A DNA stretch of 24,632 nucleotides, taken from the IMG/VR virus record IMGVR_UViG_3300020044_004401, positions 1 to 24,632 of that record, one strand, 5' to 3'. The stretch is from a virus. Lineage: Duplodnaviria; Caudoviricetes. Both the position numbers and the translations under genes were made by a program. Under the pieces are notes generated by a model. That model was given only the letters and a program-made list of their open reading frames with translations, was not told the DNA's origin and did not search any database. Positions within the stretch are counted from its first letter, which is position 1; each line of letters starts with the position of its first letter. Positions 7,896 to 18,816 of this stretch are shown piece after piece.

Positions 7896-10079
7896 ATGGC
7901 TTTTATTATACCAAACCAAACATCAACATCATTACAGCGTCCTATTCCAAAACCAACGGCATGGGTTAGACCAGCTGATTGGATTACAATAACTGACGCA
8001 GTTGGCGAAGTTCAATTTTTAATAAGTGATATTACAAATGGATATACAGCAATTGCCACACAATATACTGGTGTTGGTAATATCTATATTAGTTGGGGTG
8101 ATGGAACAACAACAACAATTTCATCAGGAGCACCAACAACTACAAACAAACAATATACATCAGGGGGAACACCTTGTTCTTTAGGATATAATACTTGGAA
8201 GATTAGGGTATATGGTGATGTTGGAACAACACTTACAGATACAAGAATTGTATTAAATAGTAATTATTACAATTTTTTTACAGCCGCTTCAGGATTATTA
8301 GAAGCATATTATGGTGATGGAACACAACAAGGTAATTTTAGTAATTTGTTTCAGGGAGCATCAAGCACCCAACCATATTATCCTAATCTAACTTATTGTA
8401 AATTACCAGCAACAATAACAGGAGCACAAAGTATGTCTTATGCCTTTTCGCAATGTTGGGGATTAAGAAAAGTTGTAATGCCTACTTCAGCACCAAATGT
8501 AAATGATTTTTCATTTATGTTTTATTTTTGTAATAATTTAACAGAACCTATTGTATTTCCACAAGATAATGTTGGTGTAACTAGTATGAATAGTTGTTTT
8601 GCTAGTTGTTATTGGATTACATCTATTACACTACCTGCTTCAATGCCAGCTGTTCAAGCTATGAACGCAACTTTTAATAGTTGTTGGAGTTTAACATCAA
8701 TCAATTTACCTGAAATGCCATCTTGTTATGCCTTTGCTGGAACATTTGGTTTTTGTGTTAATTTATTATCACTTGAAATAAAAAGTTTTGCCAATCTTCC
8801 AGCATCTATTTTTAACTTTGGTTCATTTGCCGTAAATTGTTCCGCATTGGAATATATCAAATTACCATCAACATTTCCAGGATTAAACGCAAACTTAACA
8901 CAAGCATTTCAAAACTGCGGAGCATTAAAAAATATTGTATTACCATCTAATATGATAATAACAAATATGACTTCTGCTTTTTCTGGTTGTTATTCAATAT
9001 CTTCAATAGTTATGCCTACAGCAACTGCTGCTATTACAACATTTGATAGTGCTTTTAATAATTGTTGGAGCTTACAATCAATCACAATACCAGGAACATC
9101 AGTAGCCACAGCAATTAGTTTTAACAGCACATTCAATGCTTGTTATTCATTAGCAGAAATAACAATTCCATCATCTTATGTTATATCACTTTTAACTTCA
9201 ACATTCACAAATTGTAGAACATTACAAACCATAACTTTACCAAATAACGCACAAAATAGTTTAACAAATATACAAAATATGTGTAGTGGTTGTTATTCAT
9301 TAAAAACTATTACAATGCCAACAAGTATGAACCTTTTAGCAACAACAACAGGGGCATTTGGTAGTTGTAATAATTTAACAACAATAACATTACCATCATC
9401 ATTACCTGCTGTTACTAGTATGTCTAGTGTATTTCAAAATTGTTCTAATTTACAAAGTATTACAATGCCAACAAGTATGGCTGCTTGTTCTACTTTTTCA
9501 TCTACTTTTGCGAGTTGTTATAGATTAAAAACTTTAACAATGCCATCAACAATCGCTAATAGTTCAGGAACATTTAATAGTTTAGTATCAAATTGTTATT
9601 CATTACAAAGTTTAATTTTACCAACAACACAAACAACAAATATTACAGATATTTCAAGTATGACTGATAATTGTGGTTCTTTATCAGGTATTACAAATAT
9701 GGATAAAATAGGTAATACATCAACAACATCAACAATTTATGTGGGTGGAACAACCGCATTCCGTAATTGTAATCCAACTACATTAGATTTTTCAACAAAG
9801 TTTTCCAAGTTTGATGCTTATAGTTCTTCATTAGGTAATCCAACCCGTTTAACATCATTAAGATTAAGAAATACAGGGGCGGGACAATACGCAGGAACAT
9901 CACCACAAATAAACATATCATATACAAGCTTGGGACAGGCAGCATTAGTTCAAGTGTTTAATGACTTACCAACACTTGCGGGAAAAACAATAAATATAAC
10001 AGGAGCGGCAGGTGCGGCATCACTTACGGCTGGTGAAAGAGCAATCGCTACTGGTAAAGGTTGGACAATAACAGGATAA
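7896..10079 (+). CDS. BspA/TpLRR-like leucine-rich repeat protein, putative fibre/adhesin
   Basis: 17 repeats of roughly F-x-x-C-x-x-L-x-x-I-x-L/M-P. PKD-like ISWGDGT near the N-terminus. C-terminal cap ...IATGKGWTITG. Confidence 0.8.
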   Translation: MAFIIPNQTSTSLQRPIPKPTAWVRPADWITITDAVGEVQFLISDITNGYTAIATQYTGVGNIYISWGDGTTTTISSGAPTTTNKQYTSGGTPCSLGYNTWKIRVYGDVGTTLTDTRIVLNSNYYNFFTAASGLLEAYYGDGTQQGNFSNLFQGASSTQPYYPNLTYCKLPATITGAQSMSYAFSQCWGLRKVVMPTSAPNVNDFSFMFYFCNNLTEPIVFPQDNVGVTSMNSCFASCYWITSITLPASMPAVQAMNATFNSCWSLTSINLPEMPSCYAFAGTFGFCVNLLSLEIKSFANLPASIFNFGSFAVNCSALEYIKLPSTFPGLNANLTQAFQNCGALKNIVLPSNMIITNMTSAFSGCYSISSIVMPTATAAITTFDSAFNNCWSLQSITIPGTSVATAISFNSTFNACYSLAEITIPSSYVISLLTSTFTNCRTLQTITLPNNAQNSLTNIQNMCSGCYSLKTITMPTSMNLLATTTGAFGSCNNLTTITLPSSLPAVTSMSSVFQNCSNLQSITMPTSMAACSTFSSTFASCYRLKTLTMPSTIANSSGTFNSLVSNCYSLQSLILPTTQTTNITDISSMTDNCGSLSGITNMDKIGNTSTTSTIYVGGTTAFRNCNPTTLDFSTKFSKFDAYSSSLGNPTRLTSLRLRNTGAGQYAGTSPQINISYTSLGQAALVQVFNDLPTLAGKTINITGAAGAASLTAGERAIATGKGWTITG

Positions 10080-10083
10080 GATT

Positions 10084-10275
10084 ATGATATACAAATTATT
10101 TTTAGAAGAAGGATTGTATCAAGACAAAGATACTAAAGAACCAAGAAACCTTATGGAAGCGGAAATCGCATATACCCCTGAAGGTATAAATGTAGGTTGG
10201 ACTGAATTGGAAAACCTTGAAACAGCATTGGAATATTTCAACCTTGAATTAATACCAGAACCTGAAGAAGAATAA
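10084..10275 (+). CDS. small acidic protein following the LRR gene (possible fibre accessory)
   Basis: ORF coupled to the next gene by TAATG. Function inferred from position only. Confidence 0.6.
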   Translation: MIYKLFLEEGLYQDKDTKEPRNLMEAEIAYTPEGINVGWTELENLETALEYFNLELIPEPEEE

Positions 10276-10817
10276 TGGAAGATGAATTGTTAAATCTTAT
10301 TGGTGAGCAATTGGTTAAACAAATTAAGGAACTAATCCTTACACCAAAACCAAGATATACTAAAGTTGGAAATATGCCTAAAGCAGGTAGTCCCTATAAT
10401 TTTAGTTCAAATGGAAAGAATGGTTCATTATACAATTCTGTATCTTATGTTATTAGGGACGGGGAAATTGATATTCTAATGAATGACTATGGTGTTGATT
10501 TCGTATTTGGTGAAGGTTCTAAACCAAAGAAACCATTACCAAGAAGGGTTGTTGATGGGGAACTTACATCTTGGGTAATAACCAAAATGCGTAAGTCATC
10601 AAACGAAGCCAGAAGTATTGCCTACGCCATATCAAAGAACTTATCAAAAGTGGGATATAAGGGTTATAGAATATTTAATAATGAGTTTCAAGAAGAAACT
10701 GGAAGGTATGTTTCCCAACTTTTAGAAGACCCGAAATATCAGGAATTAGCATTGGGAGACATATTTGATAGAATAAACATATTTGGAAACGAACAATATA
10801 ATTTAGCAATAGGATAA
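10275..10817 (+). CDS. putative neck/tail completion protein
   Basis: GSLYNSV...MNDYG...W...AYAISKNLSKVGYKG pattern typical of HK97 gp10-like virion proteins, plus gene context. Confidence 0.55.
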   Translation: MEDELLNLIGEQLVKQIKELILTPKPRYTKVGNMPKAGSPYNFSSNGKNGSLYNSVSYVIRDGEIDILMNDYGVDFVFGEGSKPKKPLPRRVVDGELTSWVITKMRKSSNEARSIAYAISKNLSKVGYKGYRIFNNEFQEETGRYVSQLLEDPKYQELALGDIFDRINIFGNEQYNLAIG

Positions 10818-13087
10818 TGATTACATTTTTATCACAACCCGAAACCATACAACCAGTTTATGGAAACTTGGTTTATCAATTTCAATCAACAGCCGCAACG
10901 GATACATCAATCTATAAGTTTAGATATGTGGTAAATGTCTTCACACAAGATGGACTAATTGCCGAACTTAAAATAACACCTTCAAGTCAAGGGTGGGGAC
11001 AGATTGACCTTTCCCCTATTTTGTTGAACTACACATCATCTAAACCTGTGAATATAGGTTGTTCAGGTGAAACACCTGTTCATCAAGCTGCGTGGGGTTA
11101 TTTAAGAAACAATATGATTATCTACGACATTATGGTTGGTGAAGAATACGCAACAACACCAACAGGTAATGTAATTGGATATAATGGAAATGGGGACACA
11201 GGAGCACCAAGTGTTCGTTCTAATGTTTGTTATGCCACAAATGGTGTAAAGGAATGGTTCAACGGAAAGTATTATGACTTTGACCCGTATTATCTTACAG
11301 GACAAACAAGCACCTTCCCACAATATACTTCAAGATTTTTAACCAATTCACCAAGAACACGATATATTCGTGAAGGTGATTATGCCTTATTAGCAGCAAT
11401 CAACTGGTTTGATACAACTGAAGATTTAGCTGCTCGTGAAATCTATTCAGCTTTATTCACATTCTATGATAGTCAAGATAATATCCTTTCAACAGGTAGA
11501 ACATATAATGTGGAAAGCTTATGTGGAACAAGACCTGATTGTTCTTACTATGATGGATTTTGGGACACCCCAACAAATTGGACTGAACAACAAGTAGTTT
11601 ATTTGGGGGTGGGTAGTCCTAACCTTGAAGAACACGGAATAAACATACCAGCAACAACAAAATACTATAAGGTTGAATTGGAAGGGACTTTATCAAGACC
11701 TACACCACCAGCACCTGAAATAGATAATTTTGATGGTTGTTCGTGTGGAACTTATGAATGTGAAAATCCTGTATTAGCAATTGATATAATTGAAATTGAA
11801 TACATATCTTGTTTGGGTGATGTAAGTTATATTACAATTCCACCTGGTGAAATAGGTAGATGGTGTGCTTGCCAAAACACAAATGTATTTTCATTAGGTG
11901 TGGCTCAACCAATTACCTTTATTGGTTATTGTAATGATTGTATTTGTAAGACATACAACATCACAAATAGCGACCCTGATTATTCATATACAGGACTTAC
12001 TTGTTCAGCTACAACCTTTACTGGTTCAGTATCTGCTGATACAACAATTCAAGTGTGTGGTTGTGAAGATAGTTTTACAGCATCAGGTGGAATGACGATT
12101 ACTTTAGCAGGTGATTGTCCTTTACCATTCAGTGCTAATTGTAGAACATTTGGTTTAACAACAAATGTGGGTTATGTCTTGGATATTACTTATACAGGTT
12201 GTTGTGGAACAGAACAAACCATTTCAATGCCACCTAGTGTGGGAATTGAAATCTGTGCTAATAGTCCATTCCCAACTTCAGCATTATGGGACGCAATTGA
12301 TTTAACCAGTTGTGCCACAACCCCTTGTCCTACACCGACACCACAACCTACACCATTACCATTACCTTCAGGAACACCAATCATTACAACAAATGTATGT
12401 AATGATGAAACTATGTATTTCCGTTATTCAGGTGATACAATCGCACAAGGACAATTTATCAATTATGAAAACACAATTTATAGAATTGACGCAATTGGTG
12501 GTGGTGGATTTATTCAACTTACAAATCCATTTGTATTTGATGACTTGGTTTCAGCATTATCAGCATTCCCTTGTCCTATAACAACAACTGGTTCTTGTCT
12601 TAATACAACAATCATAAGCGAACCATTCTACTTCTATTACGATGAAAATTGTAGTCCTGGCAATAGGGTTGTGTTTTGGCTCAATAAGTTAGGCGCATGG
12701 GACAGCTATAATTTTAGAGCTCGTGAAGATGTTGGTTATTCTGTTGATAAAAAGGTAATCCAAAAATCACCTGAATTATATTCAGCTGGTTGGGATACAC
12801 CATCTTATTATGGTTGGAATAGTCAGCGTTCAGTATGGTCGCAGTTGGTTGGAGCATCAGGTGTTCTTTACACAGATTATTTACCACAAGGTGAAAGTTT
12901 ATGGTTAAGTGAAGAATTAGTCCAATCCCCTTCAGTTTATTTGGTAGGTGATAATGGTGTGTTAGAACCTGTGGTTATTACAAACACAGAAATCATCAAA
13001 CCTAACTACCAAATCAATAACAGCAAATATCAAATCCAAATTGAATATAAATCAGCTTACGATACAATAAGACAAAACCACGAATAA
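10817..13087 (+). CDS. tail-tip structural protein (Dit-like) with inserted Cys-rich repeats
   Basis: C-terminal WLNKLGAWDSYNF...EELVQSPSVYL...PVVIT resembles Bacteroidetes phage tail proteins (from memory). Central Cys-rich insert flanked by Pro/Thr linkers. Confidence 0.6.
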   Translation: MITFLSQPETIQPVYGNLVYQFQSTAATDTSIYKFRYVVNVFTQDGLIAELKITPSSQGWGQIDLSPILLNYTSSKPVNIGCSGETPVHQAAWGYLRNNMIIYDIMVGEEYATTPTGNVIGYNGNGDTGAPSVRSNVCYATNGVKEWFNGKYYDFDPYYLTGQTSTFPQYTSRFLTNSPRTRYIREGDYALLAAINWFDTTEDLAAREIYSALFTFYDSQDNILSTGRTYNVESLCGTRPDCSYYDGFWDTPTNWTEQQVVYLGVGSPNLEEHGINIPATTKYYKVELEGTLSRPTPPAPEIDNFDGCSCGTYECENPVLAIDIIEIEYISCLGDVSYITIPPGEIGRWCACQNTNVFSLGVAQPITFIGYCNDCICKTYNITNSDPDYSYTGLTCSATTFTGSVSADTTIQVCGCEDSFTASGGMTITLAGDCPLPFSANCRTFGLTTNVGYVLDITYTGCCGTEQTISMPPSVGIEICANSPFPTSALWDAIDLTSCATTPCPTPTPQPTPLPLPSGTPIITTNVCNDETMYFRYSGDTIAQGQFINYENTIYRIDAIGGGGFIQLTNPFVFDDLVSALSAFPCPITTTGSCLNTTIISEPFYFYYDENCSPGNRVVFWLNKLGAWDSYNFRAREDVGYSVDKKVIQKSPELYSAGWDTPSYYGWNSQRSVWSQLVGASGVLYTDYLPQGESLWLSEELVQSPSVYLVGDNGVLEPVVITNTEIIKPNYQINNSKYQIQIEYKSAYDTIRQNHE

Positions 13088-13088
13088 T

Positions 13089-15623
13089 ATGGTAGAACTA
13101 TGGTTAAAATCAAACAACACAGGAGTATGGGAAAGTTTGGATACGGGAGCGGAACTAATCATTTCAATCACCAAGTCCTATGAAGAAATAGAAGATTTCC
13201 AAACAAAGAAATCTACATTTTCTAAAACTTTTAATATTCCACAGACAGCAAAGAATAACCAATTCTTCGCATCGTCATATAATGTGAATAGTGCGAACTT
13301 CAGTAATGATGTTGTTGTTGATGCTGTGGTTAAGTATGGGGGAGCAGATGTATTCAACGGACAATGCCGATTGAATAAGATTATCAATTCTGTAAATGGT
13401 GGATATTACGAAATCTTCCTTACACAGAACTTACCTAACTTTGCTAATACCATTAAAGATTTCAAGTTAGTCAATTTAGATTTTTCAGGTTTAACACATA
13501 GTTTAACTTATGATAATATTGTATCCACTTGGTCTTATTCAGGTGGTTCGTATGAAAACTACACAGGACTTACTGGTTCCCTTATTTATCCATTAGCGAA
13601 CTATGGATATGAAGCAAATGCTTATTGGTCGCCATTCAACTTATCAACAACAGGATTTACCAATTCAGGAGCACCATTACAACCAACACAATTTGCGCCT
13701 TGGATTTCAGCCAAGTTATTACTTGATAGGGTATTTCAAAGAGCACAATATACCTATACCAGTAATTTCTTGAATAGTGATTACTTTAATGGTATATTCT
13801 GTTTGGCTAAAAGTAATAACACACAAGGAGCTCAAGAAACATCAGGAACAAGCCAAAACGCCAATGTCTTCTTGGTTGAAAATAGATTACCTTATACGGA
13901 TATTGGAACGATTAGAGGAAAGAATGTTAGATATAATTTTAACACAAATTACTATGATGGATTTGTTTTAAGACAAGAATTGAATGACCCACTTAATATC
14001 TTCAGTCCATCAATCAATAATGAACCAGGATTAAAAGGACACTTCTTTACCCCACCTGTGCCGGGTGAATACAAGTTCAAAGTTAGTTTCACGGCTCACT
14101 TGGAAAATGCCTTTCTTGCTACATATCTTAACATAGCGATTAAAGATGTTGATAATGGAACAATCTACAATCAAATACAAGGATTGGTAATCTTCAATTC
14201 AACAAGTCCAACCAAATATACAGATATGTATATCAACGCCACATTACCAGCAGGTAGAAGGGTTGCCTTGTATTATTCAGTTCAAAACACAGGGTGAGAC
14301 CCTTATAGTGATATTGTATTCACATATCAAAAGTTTGAATTATGGACTTCGCCAGTTGTATCACTTACAAACAACATTACCTTACAACAGAACTTACCTG
14401 GTGAAATAACAGGTTTGGATTATTTTAAGGGGATTGTAGATACTTTTAACCTTGTGGTAATACCTACAGGTGAAAACAACCTTTTGATTGAAAGATGGGA
14501 CGATTACTTTGCGTCTGGTAATACTTTGGATTGGAGCCAGAAGTTAGACATTTCAACTGACTATACATTAGAACCAACCAATGCTTTAACCAAGAAATAC
14601 ATTCTTCAGTATGGGGATAGTGAAGATAGATATTCTGTAATCAACCAACAGAACTTCAATCAAAACTTTGGAACATATAGGTTCATAAGCGACCAAGCAT
14701 ATCACGCAGGTATTTTAACTATTGAAAGTTTATTTGACCCATTACCAATAGCAACCTTTGATGGACAGACAGATAGTAATATCTTAATCCCCCACATCTA
14801 TACTTGGAACAGGGGAGCTGTTGGAGCACCTGCTCAATTCACACCACTTGGTTCTAAATTAAGATTAGGATTTTATCAGGGATTATTAAACAGCACAATC
14901 ACAGGAACAACAACGCCTTGGTATTTGTTGTCGGGAAATACCGCTGTGGGTCATACCACTTATCCTGCCATATCCCACTTATCATCTTATGAATACGAAC
15001 AATCTACATTTAGTGATTTGAACTTTGGAAACCAGTATGACTACTGGCAACAAGTGAATGATAGTTATGTGGGTTATACCGAAAATGATTTATTCACCAA
15101 TTTTTGGGGTAATAGAATACAACAACTTTACGCAAGTGATGTGAAGATATTGACGGGGGCATTTAAGCTTACCCCAACGGAAATAAACAATATACAATTC
15201 AATGATAGGGTATATTTCCTTAACGCTTGGTGGAGGTTATTATCTATGAATGACGCTGATATTACCAACAATAGTTTGGTTCAATGCCAGTTCATTAAAC
15301 TACCATACTTTATTGATAGACCAACTGACTTGATTGCCCCAACTTATACACAAGCACCATATACACCAGTGCCAATACCAACTGGTTCAACATATCAACA
15401 TATTGTGTTTTCATCAATCAATACAGGAACTATGTGTGATGAAACAGCAGGACAAATAGTATTATATTCTAACTGCTCTATTCTATCAGCTGGTTGTTCG
15501 GTGTTTAGCGATACATCAGCAACTACACCAATTACTGAAGGAACTTTGATTAAAGTAGCAGGGGAGAATACTATTTATCAAGTAATAGAATATGGTATTC
15601 TAACAAACTTTACAACTTGTTAA
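13089..15623 (+). CDS. tail-tip/baseplate hub-like protein (844 codons) interrupted by one in-frame TGA at 14295-14297
   Basis: Track ORFs 13089..14297 and 14415..15623 share a frame and the interval translates without stops (DPYSDIVFTYQKFELWTSPVVSLTNNITLQQNLPGEITG). N-terminal KSTFSKTFNIPQTAKNNQFF is typical of this protein class. Confidence 0.7.
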
Positions 15624-15627
15624 AACT

Positions 15628-18600
15628 ATGGCAAAAGAAATAGCATTAAAATTAAAAATTACCAGTCAGGGTGAAGAAAAAGTAATCAGTAATCTAAATG
15701 AATTAGAAACTGAATTACAAAAATTACAGACAACCCTGAAGACATTAGATTTTGGTAGTAAGGCTTTTAAGGAAGCGACAAGAAACATCGCAACATTAAG
15801 AACCAAGATTGACGAAATTGATAAAGCTAGTGAAGGTATTGGAGCTGAAAAGAAGTTCCGTGCCATAGGGGACGCAATCAATATTTTAACGGGTTCATTT
15901 CAAGTATTATCAGGAGCACTTGGATTATTCATTAGTGATGAAAGAACATTAGAAGAAGTCCAAAAGGCTGAAACAACAGCACTGAATGTGTTGAATATTG
16001 CGTTGGGGGTAAATGCCATCAATACCGCATTGGTAGAAAGTGCGACCCTTCGTAAAGCGGCTGCTGATAAAATAGCCGCTGTTTCAACATCAATCGCAGC
16101 TGCGGCTCAAAGAGCATTCAACGCAGTATTGGCTGCCAATCCAATCGCATTGGTAATCACAGCCGTTGCCGCTTTGGGAACTGCGATGTTGGTATTCAGT
16201 AAGGAAACCAAGAAAGCGACAAACGCTCTTGATGAATTAAAAATCAAAAGTGATACAATAAATGCTGTTAGTGAAAAAAGTATTGAAATCCGTAGTGAAG
16301 AAATCAAGAAGATACAATCACTTATCACCATTAGTGAAATTGAAAATCTTAAGAAAACCGATAGGGTTAAGGTATTAAAAGAAATACAAGCACAATATCC
16401 AAATTACTTAAAGAACCAAAACCTTGAAAAAGTATCATTAGAACAGATTAAATCTGCTAATGATGAATTGGTGAATAGTATTACCAAAGTTGCCAAGGCT
16501 CGTGCTGCTGGTGATAAGTTGGCTGAAATCCAAACAAAGAAATTGGAAATCGCTACAGCTAATCAACTTGCTGTAGAACAACAAAGAATACAAGAACAAA
16601 ACGCTTACAATTTATTAGACAGAAGCCAGACAGACAAACAATTACAAGTATTAAAAAATCTTGGTAAGATTAGGGAAACTGATTTGGCAAAGAAAAATCA
16701 AGAATTGGATTTACAAGAAAAGGCCATTCTTGGTTATATCAAAGAAAATGACTTGACTGATAGTTTGGTTCAAAATTACACAAAGGCTGAAACTGCTGTT
16801 AAAGGATTTGGTGATAGTCAAAGTAAGGTGATTGAAACAACCATCAACGCATTAGACAAATTACTTGGTAGATTGAATAAACTAACGGAAGCTGAATTGA
16901 CTTATTCAAGTGAAATCATCAAAACACAGGAACAAGTCCTTGGCAAACAAGAACAAAGTTTAGCAAATCAAACTAATATCCTAACTAGTCAAGCGAAGAA
17001 ATTACAAAATGAATTATACACATTGCTTCGTGAAACAATACCAACGGAAGCCGACGCATCTAAAATTGAAGATGGTTATATTAAATTATTTGATAAGATT
17101 AGTGCTTATTATACCTATGGTAATATTGATATAAAAAAGGATATTGGTTGGGAAGAGTTTGTGATGATTGCTGAAGAAGATATTGATGGTCTTGGCGAAC
17201 AATTAAAATTGGTTGGTGAAGATGGAAAGAAAAGTTTTGTGGAGTTCTTCAACGAAATTAAGTTTCGTGTAAAGGATATTCAAGACATACAAAAAACATT
17301 AAAAATACAACCATTTGGTGATTTAGAAGCAACCAAGGCATTAGGTAAGGTTGAAGATGCTATTTATGAATTAAGAAAAAATAGAGTTAAACTTGGATTA
17401 AGTGAAACGGCTATAAATGAAGCATCATTAAAACTTATCAACGATACATTTGGTTTATCAACTAAACAAAAAGAATTGGAAGACCAAATCGCAGCACAGA
17501 AAAAAGTTGCTGAAGGTGCTGGTGAAAAAACCAAATCTACTGAAGAAGCCAAGTTAAAAGCACTTGAAGACCAATTAGTAAAACAAAAGGAAATATCCAC
17601 AACACTATTAGAACAGATAAATCGTTCAGGTGAGTTTTATGCTATTGCTGAAAAAATAAACGAACAGGCTAATAAGAACGCAGAACAGATACAGAAAAAT
17701 CTTGTTGAAAGAAGAAGAGCTTTGACGGCTGAAGAATTACAAGGATTGAAAGAATACTTCGCTTCAAACGCAAGTCAGTTCCAAACCTTATTCACAGACA
17801 TCGCAACCAACATAGACGATTACATCGCAAAAGTTGGGATTGAAGGTGTTAAAGAATTGATTGGAGCTGTTGAAAACAATTTTGAAAATATTGATACATT
17901 ATCAAGGGAACAACTGGTTAAGTTGAAAGCATACCTTATGGTTGTTAGTGAAGAACTAGCATCGTCATTAGGAACTGATGGTGAAGTGTTGGTTAAATTA
18001 CTTGAAAAGATAAGTAAGAAGATTAAAGAATTACCAACTGAAGCAGAAACAGCATATACCAAAACACTTGATAGTGTTAAGAAAGTTGCTGATGTGGTAT
18101 TAGGAGCATTCAACCAAATATCAGGTCAATTATCAAGTATAATCCAACAACAAAATAGTTTATTGTTGGAACAATTAGAATATGGTAAAGAAACATCACT
18201 AGCATTGATTGGTGAAGCCAATACCGAAAGTGAAGCTGAAAACCAAAAGATATTGGCAGAAAGAGCGAAGGTTGAAAAGGAATACGCAAGGAAAAGATTT
18301 GAAGTTGAAAAACAAGCAAGAATACAAGAATTACAATTTTCTTTGGCAAGTGCCATAGCTCAAGGAGCATCGGCTGTAATCAACGCATTGGGAATACCAG
18401 CACCCCCACCATTACCACAGATATATGCTGCGATTGTTGCTGGTTTAACCGCCGCACAGGTAGGTATAATCAATCAACAAATCCAATTCACACAATCAAA
18501 AGCCTACATAGGTAGAACAGGTGGATTGGTTGAAGGGTCTTCACACGATACTTATGGTGGTGGTGTTCCAACAATGTTGGAAGGTGGGGAGTTCATCTTA

Positions 18601-18816
18601 AACAAGGAAGCTGTTAGAGCCTACGGCGACCAAATAAGTATGATGTCTTCAGCGACGGGCGGGAAACCTATGGCGATTGATGATAGTAGAATAGTTCAAG
18701 CGATTGCTAAACAAAACTTATCTACAAAAACCCCATTAAAAGCGTATGTTTTGTATAACGACATTCAGGACACAACAAAATTAAATAATAAAATAGAACA
18801 ATTAGCACGACTATAA
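15628..18816 (+). CDS. tail tape measure protein
   Basis: 1062 aa, coiled-coil/Ala-rich, AFNAVLAANPIALVITAVAALG motif, hydrophobic segments, C-terminal GGLVEGSSH..GGV...EGGEFILN. Confidence 0.88.
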   Translation: MAKEIALKLKITSQGEEKVISNLNELETELQKLQTTLKTLDFGSKAFKEATRNIATLRTKIDEIDKASEGIGAEKKFRAIGDAINILTGSFQVLSGALGLFISDERTLEEVQKAETTALNVLNIALGVNAINTALVESATLRKAAADKIAAVSTSIAAAAQRAFNAVLAANPIALVITAVAALGTAMLVFSKETKKATNALDELKIKSDTINAVSEKSIEIRSEEIKKIQSLITISEIENLKKTDRVKVLKEIQAQYPNYLKNQNLEKVSLEQIKSANDELVNSITKVAKARAAGDKLAEIQTKKLEIATANQLAVEQQRIQEQNAYNLLDRSQTDKQLQVLKNLGKIRETDLAKKNQELDLQEKAILGYIKENDLTDSLVQNYTKAETAVKGFGDSQSKVIETTINALDKLLGRLNKLTEAELTYSSEIIKTQEQVLGKQEQSLANQTNILTSQAKKLQNELYTLLRETIPTEADASKIEDGYIKLFDKISAYYTYGNIDIKKDIGWEEFVMIAEEDIDGLGEQLKLVGEDGKKSFVEFFNEIKFRVKDIQDIQKTLKIQPFGDLEATKALGKVEDAIYELRKNRVKLGLSETAINEASLKLINDTFGLSTKQKELEDQIAAQKKVAEGAGEKTKSTEEAKLKALEDQLVKQKEISTTLLEQINRSGEFYAIAEKINEQANKNAEQIQKNLVERRRALTAEELQGLKEYFASNASQFQTLFTDIATNIDDYIAKVGIEGVKELIGAVENNFENIDTLSREQLVKLKAYLMVVSEELASSLGTDGEVLVKLLEKISKKIKELPTEAETAYTKTLDSVKKVADVVLGAFNQISGQLSSIIQQQNSLLLEQLEYGKETSLALIGEANTESEAENQKILAERAKVEKEYARKRFEVEKQARIQELQFSLASAIAQGASAVINALGIPAPPPLPQIYAAIVAGLTAAQVGIINQQIQFTQSKAYIGRTGGLVEGSSHDTYGGGVPTMLEGGEFILNKEAVRAYGDQISMMSSATGGKPMAIDDSRIVQAIAKQNLSTKTPLKAYVLYNDIQDTTKLNNKIEQLARL

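Noticed and set aside
7896-10079. Diversity-generating retroelement target
   Set aside because: No reverse transcriptase and no template/variable repeat pair differing at adenines seen in this window.
14295-14340. Selenocysteine insertion at the TGA
   Set aside because: The downstream hairpin is weak and AT-rich, the context is not a redox motif, and no sel genes are present.
13089-15623. Two ORFs of exactly 402 aa suggesting a duplication
   Set aside because: No similarity between the halves. The equal length depends on an arbitrary TTG start.
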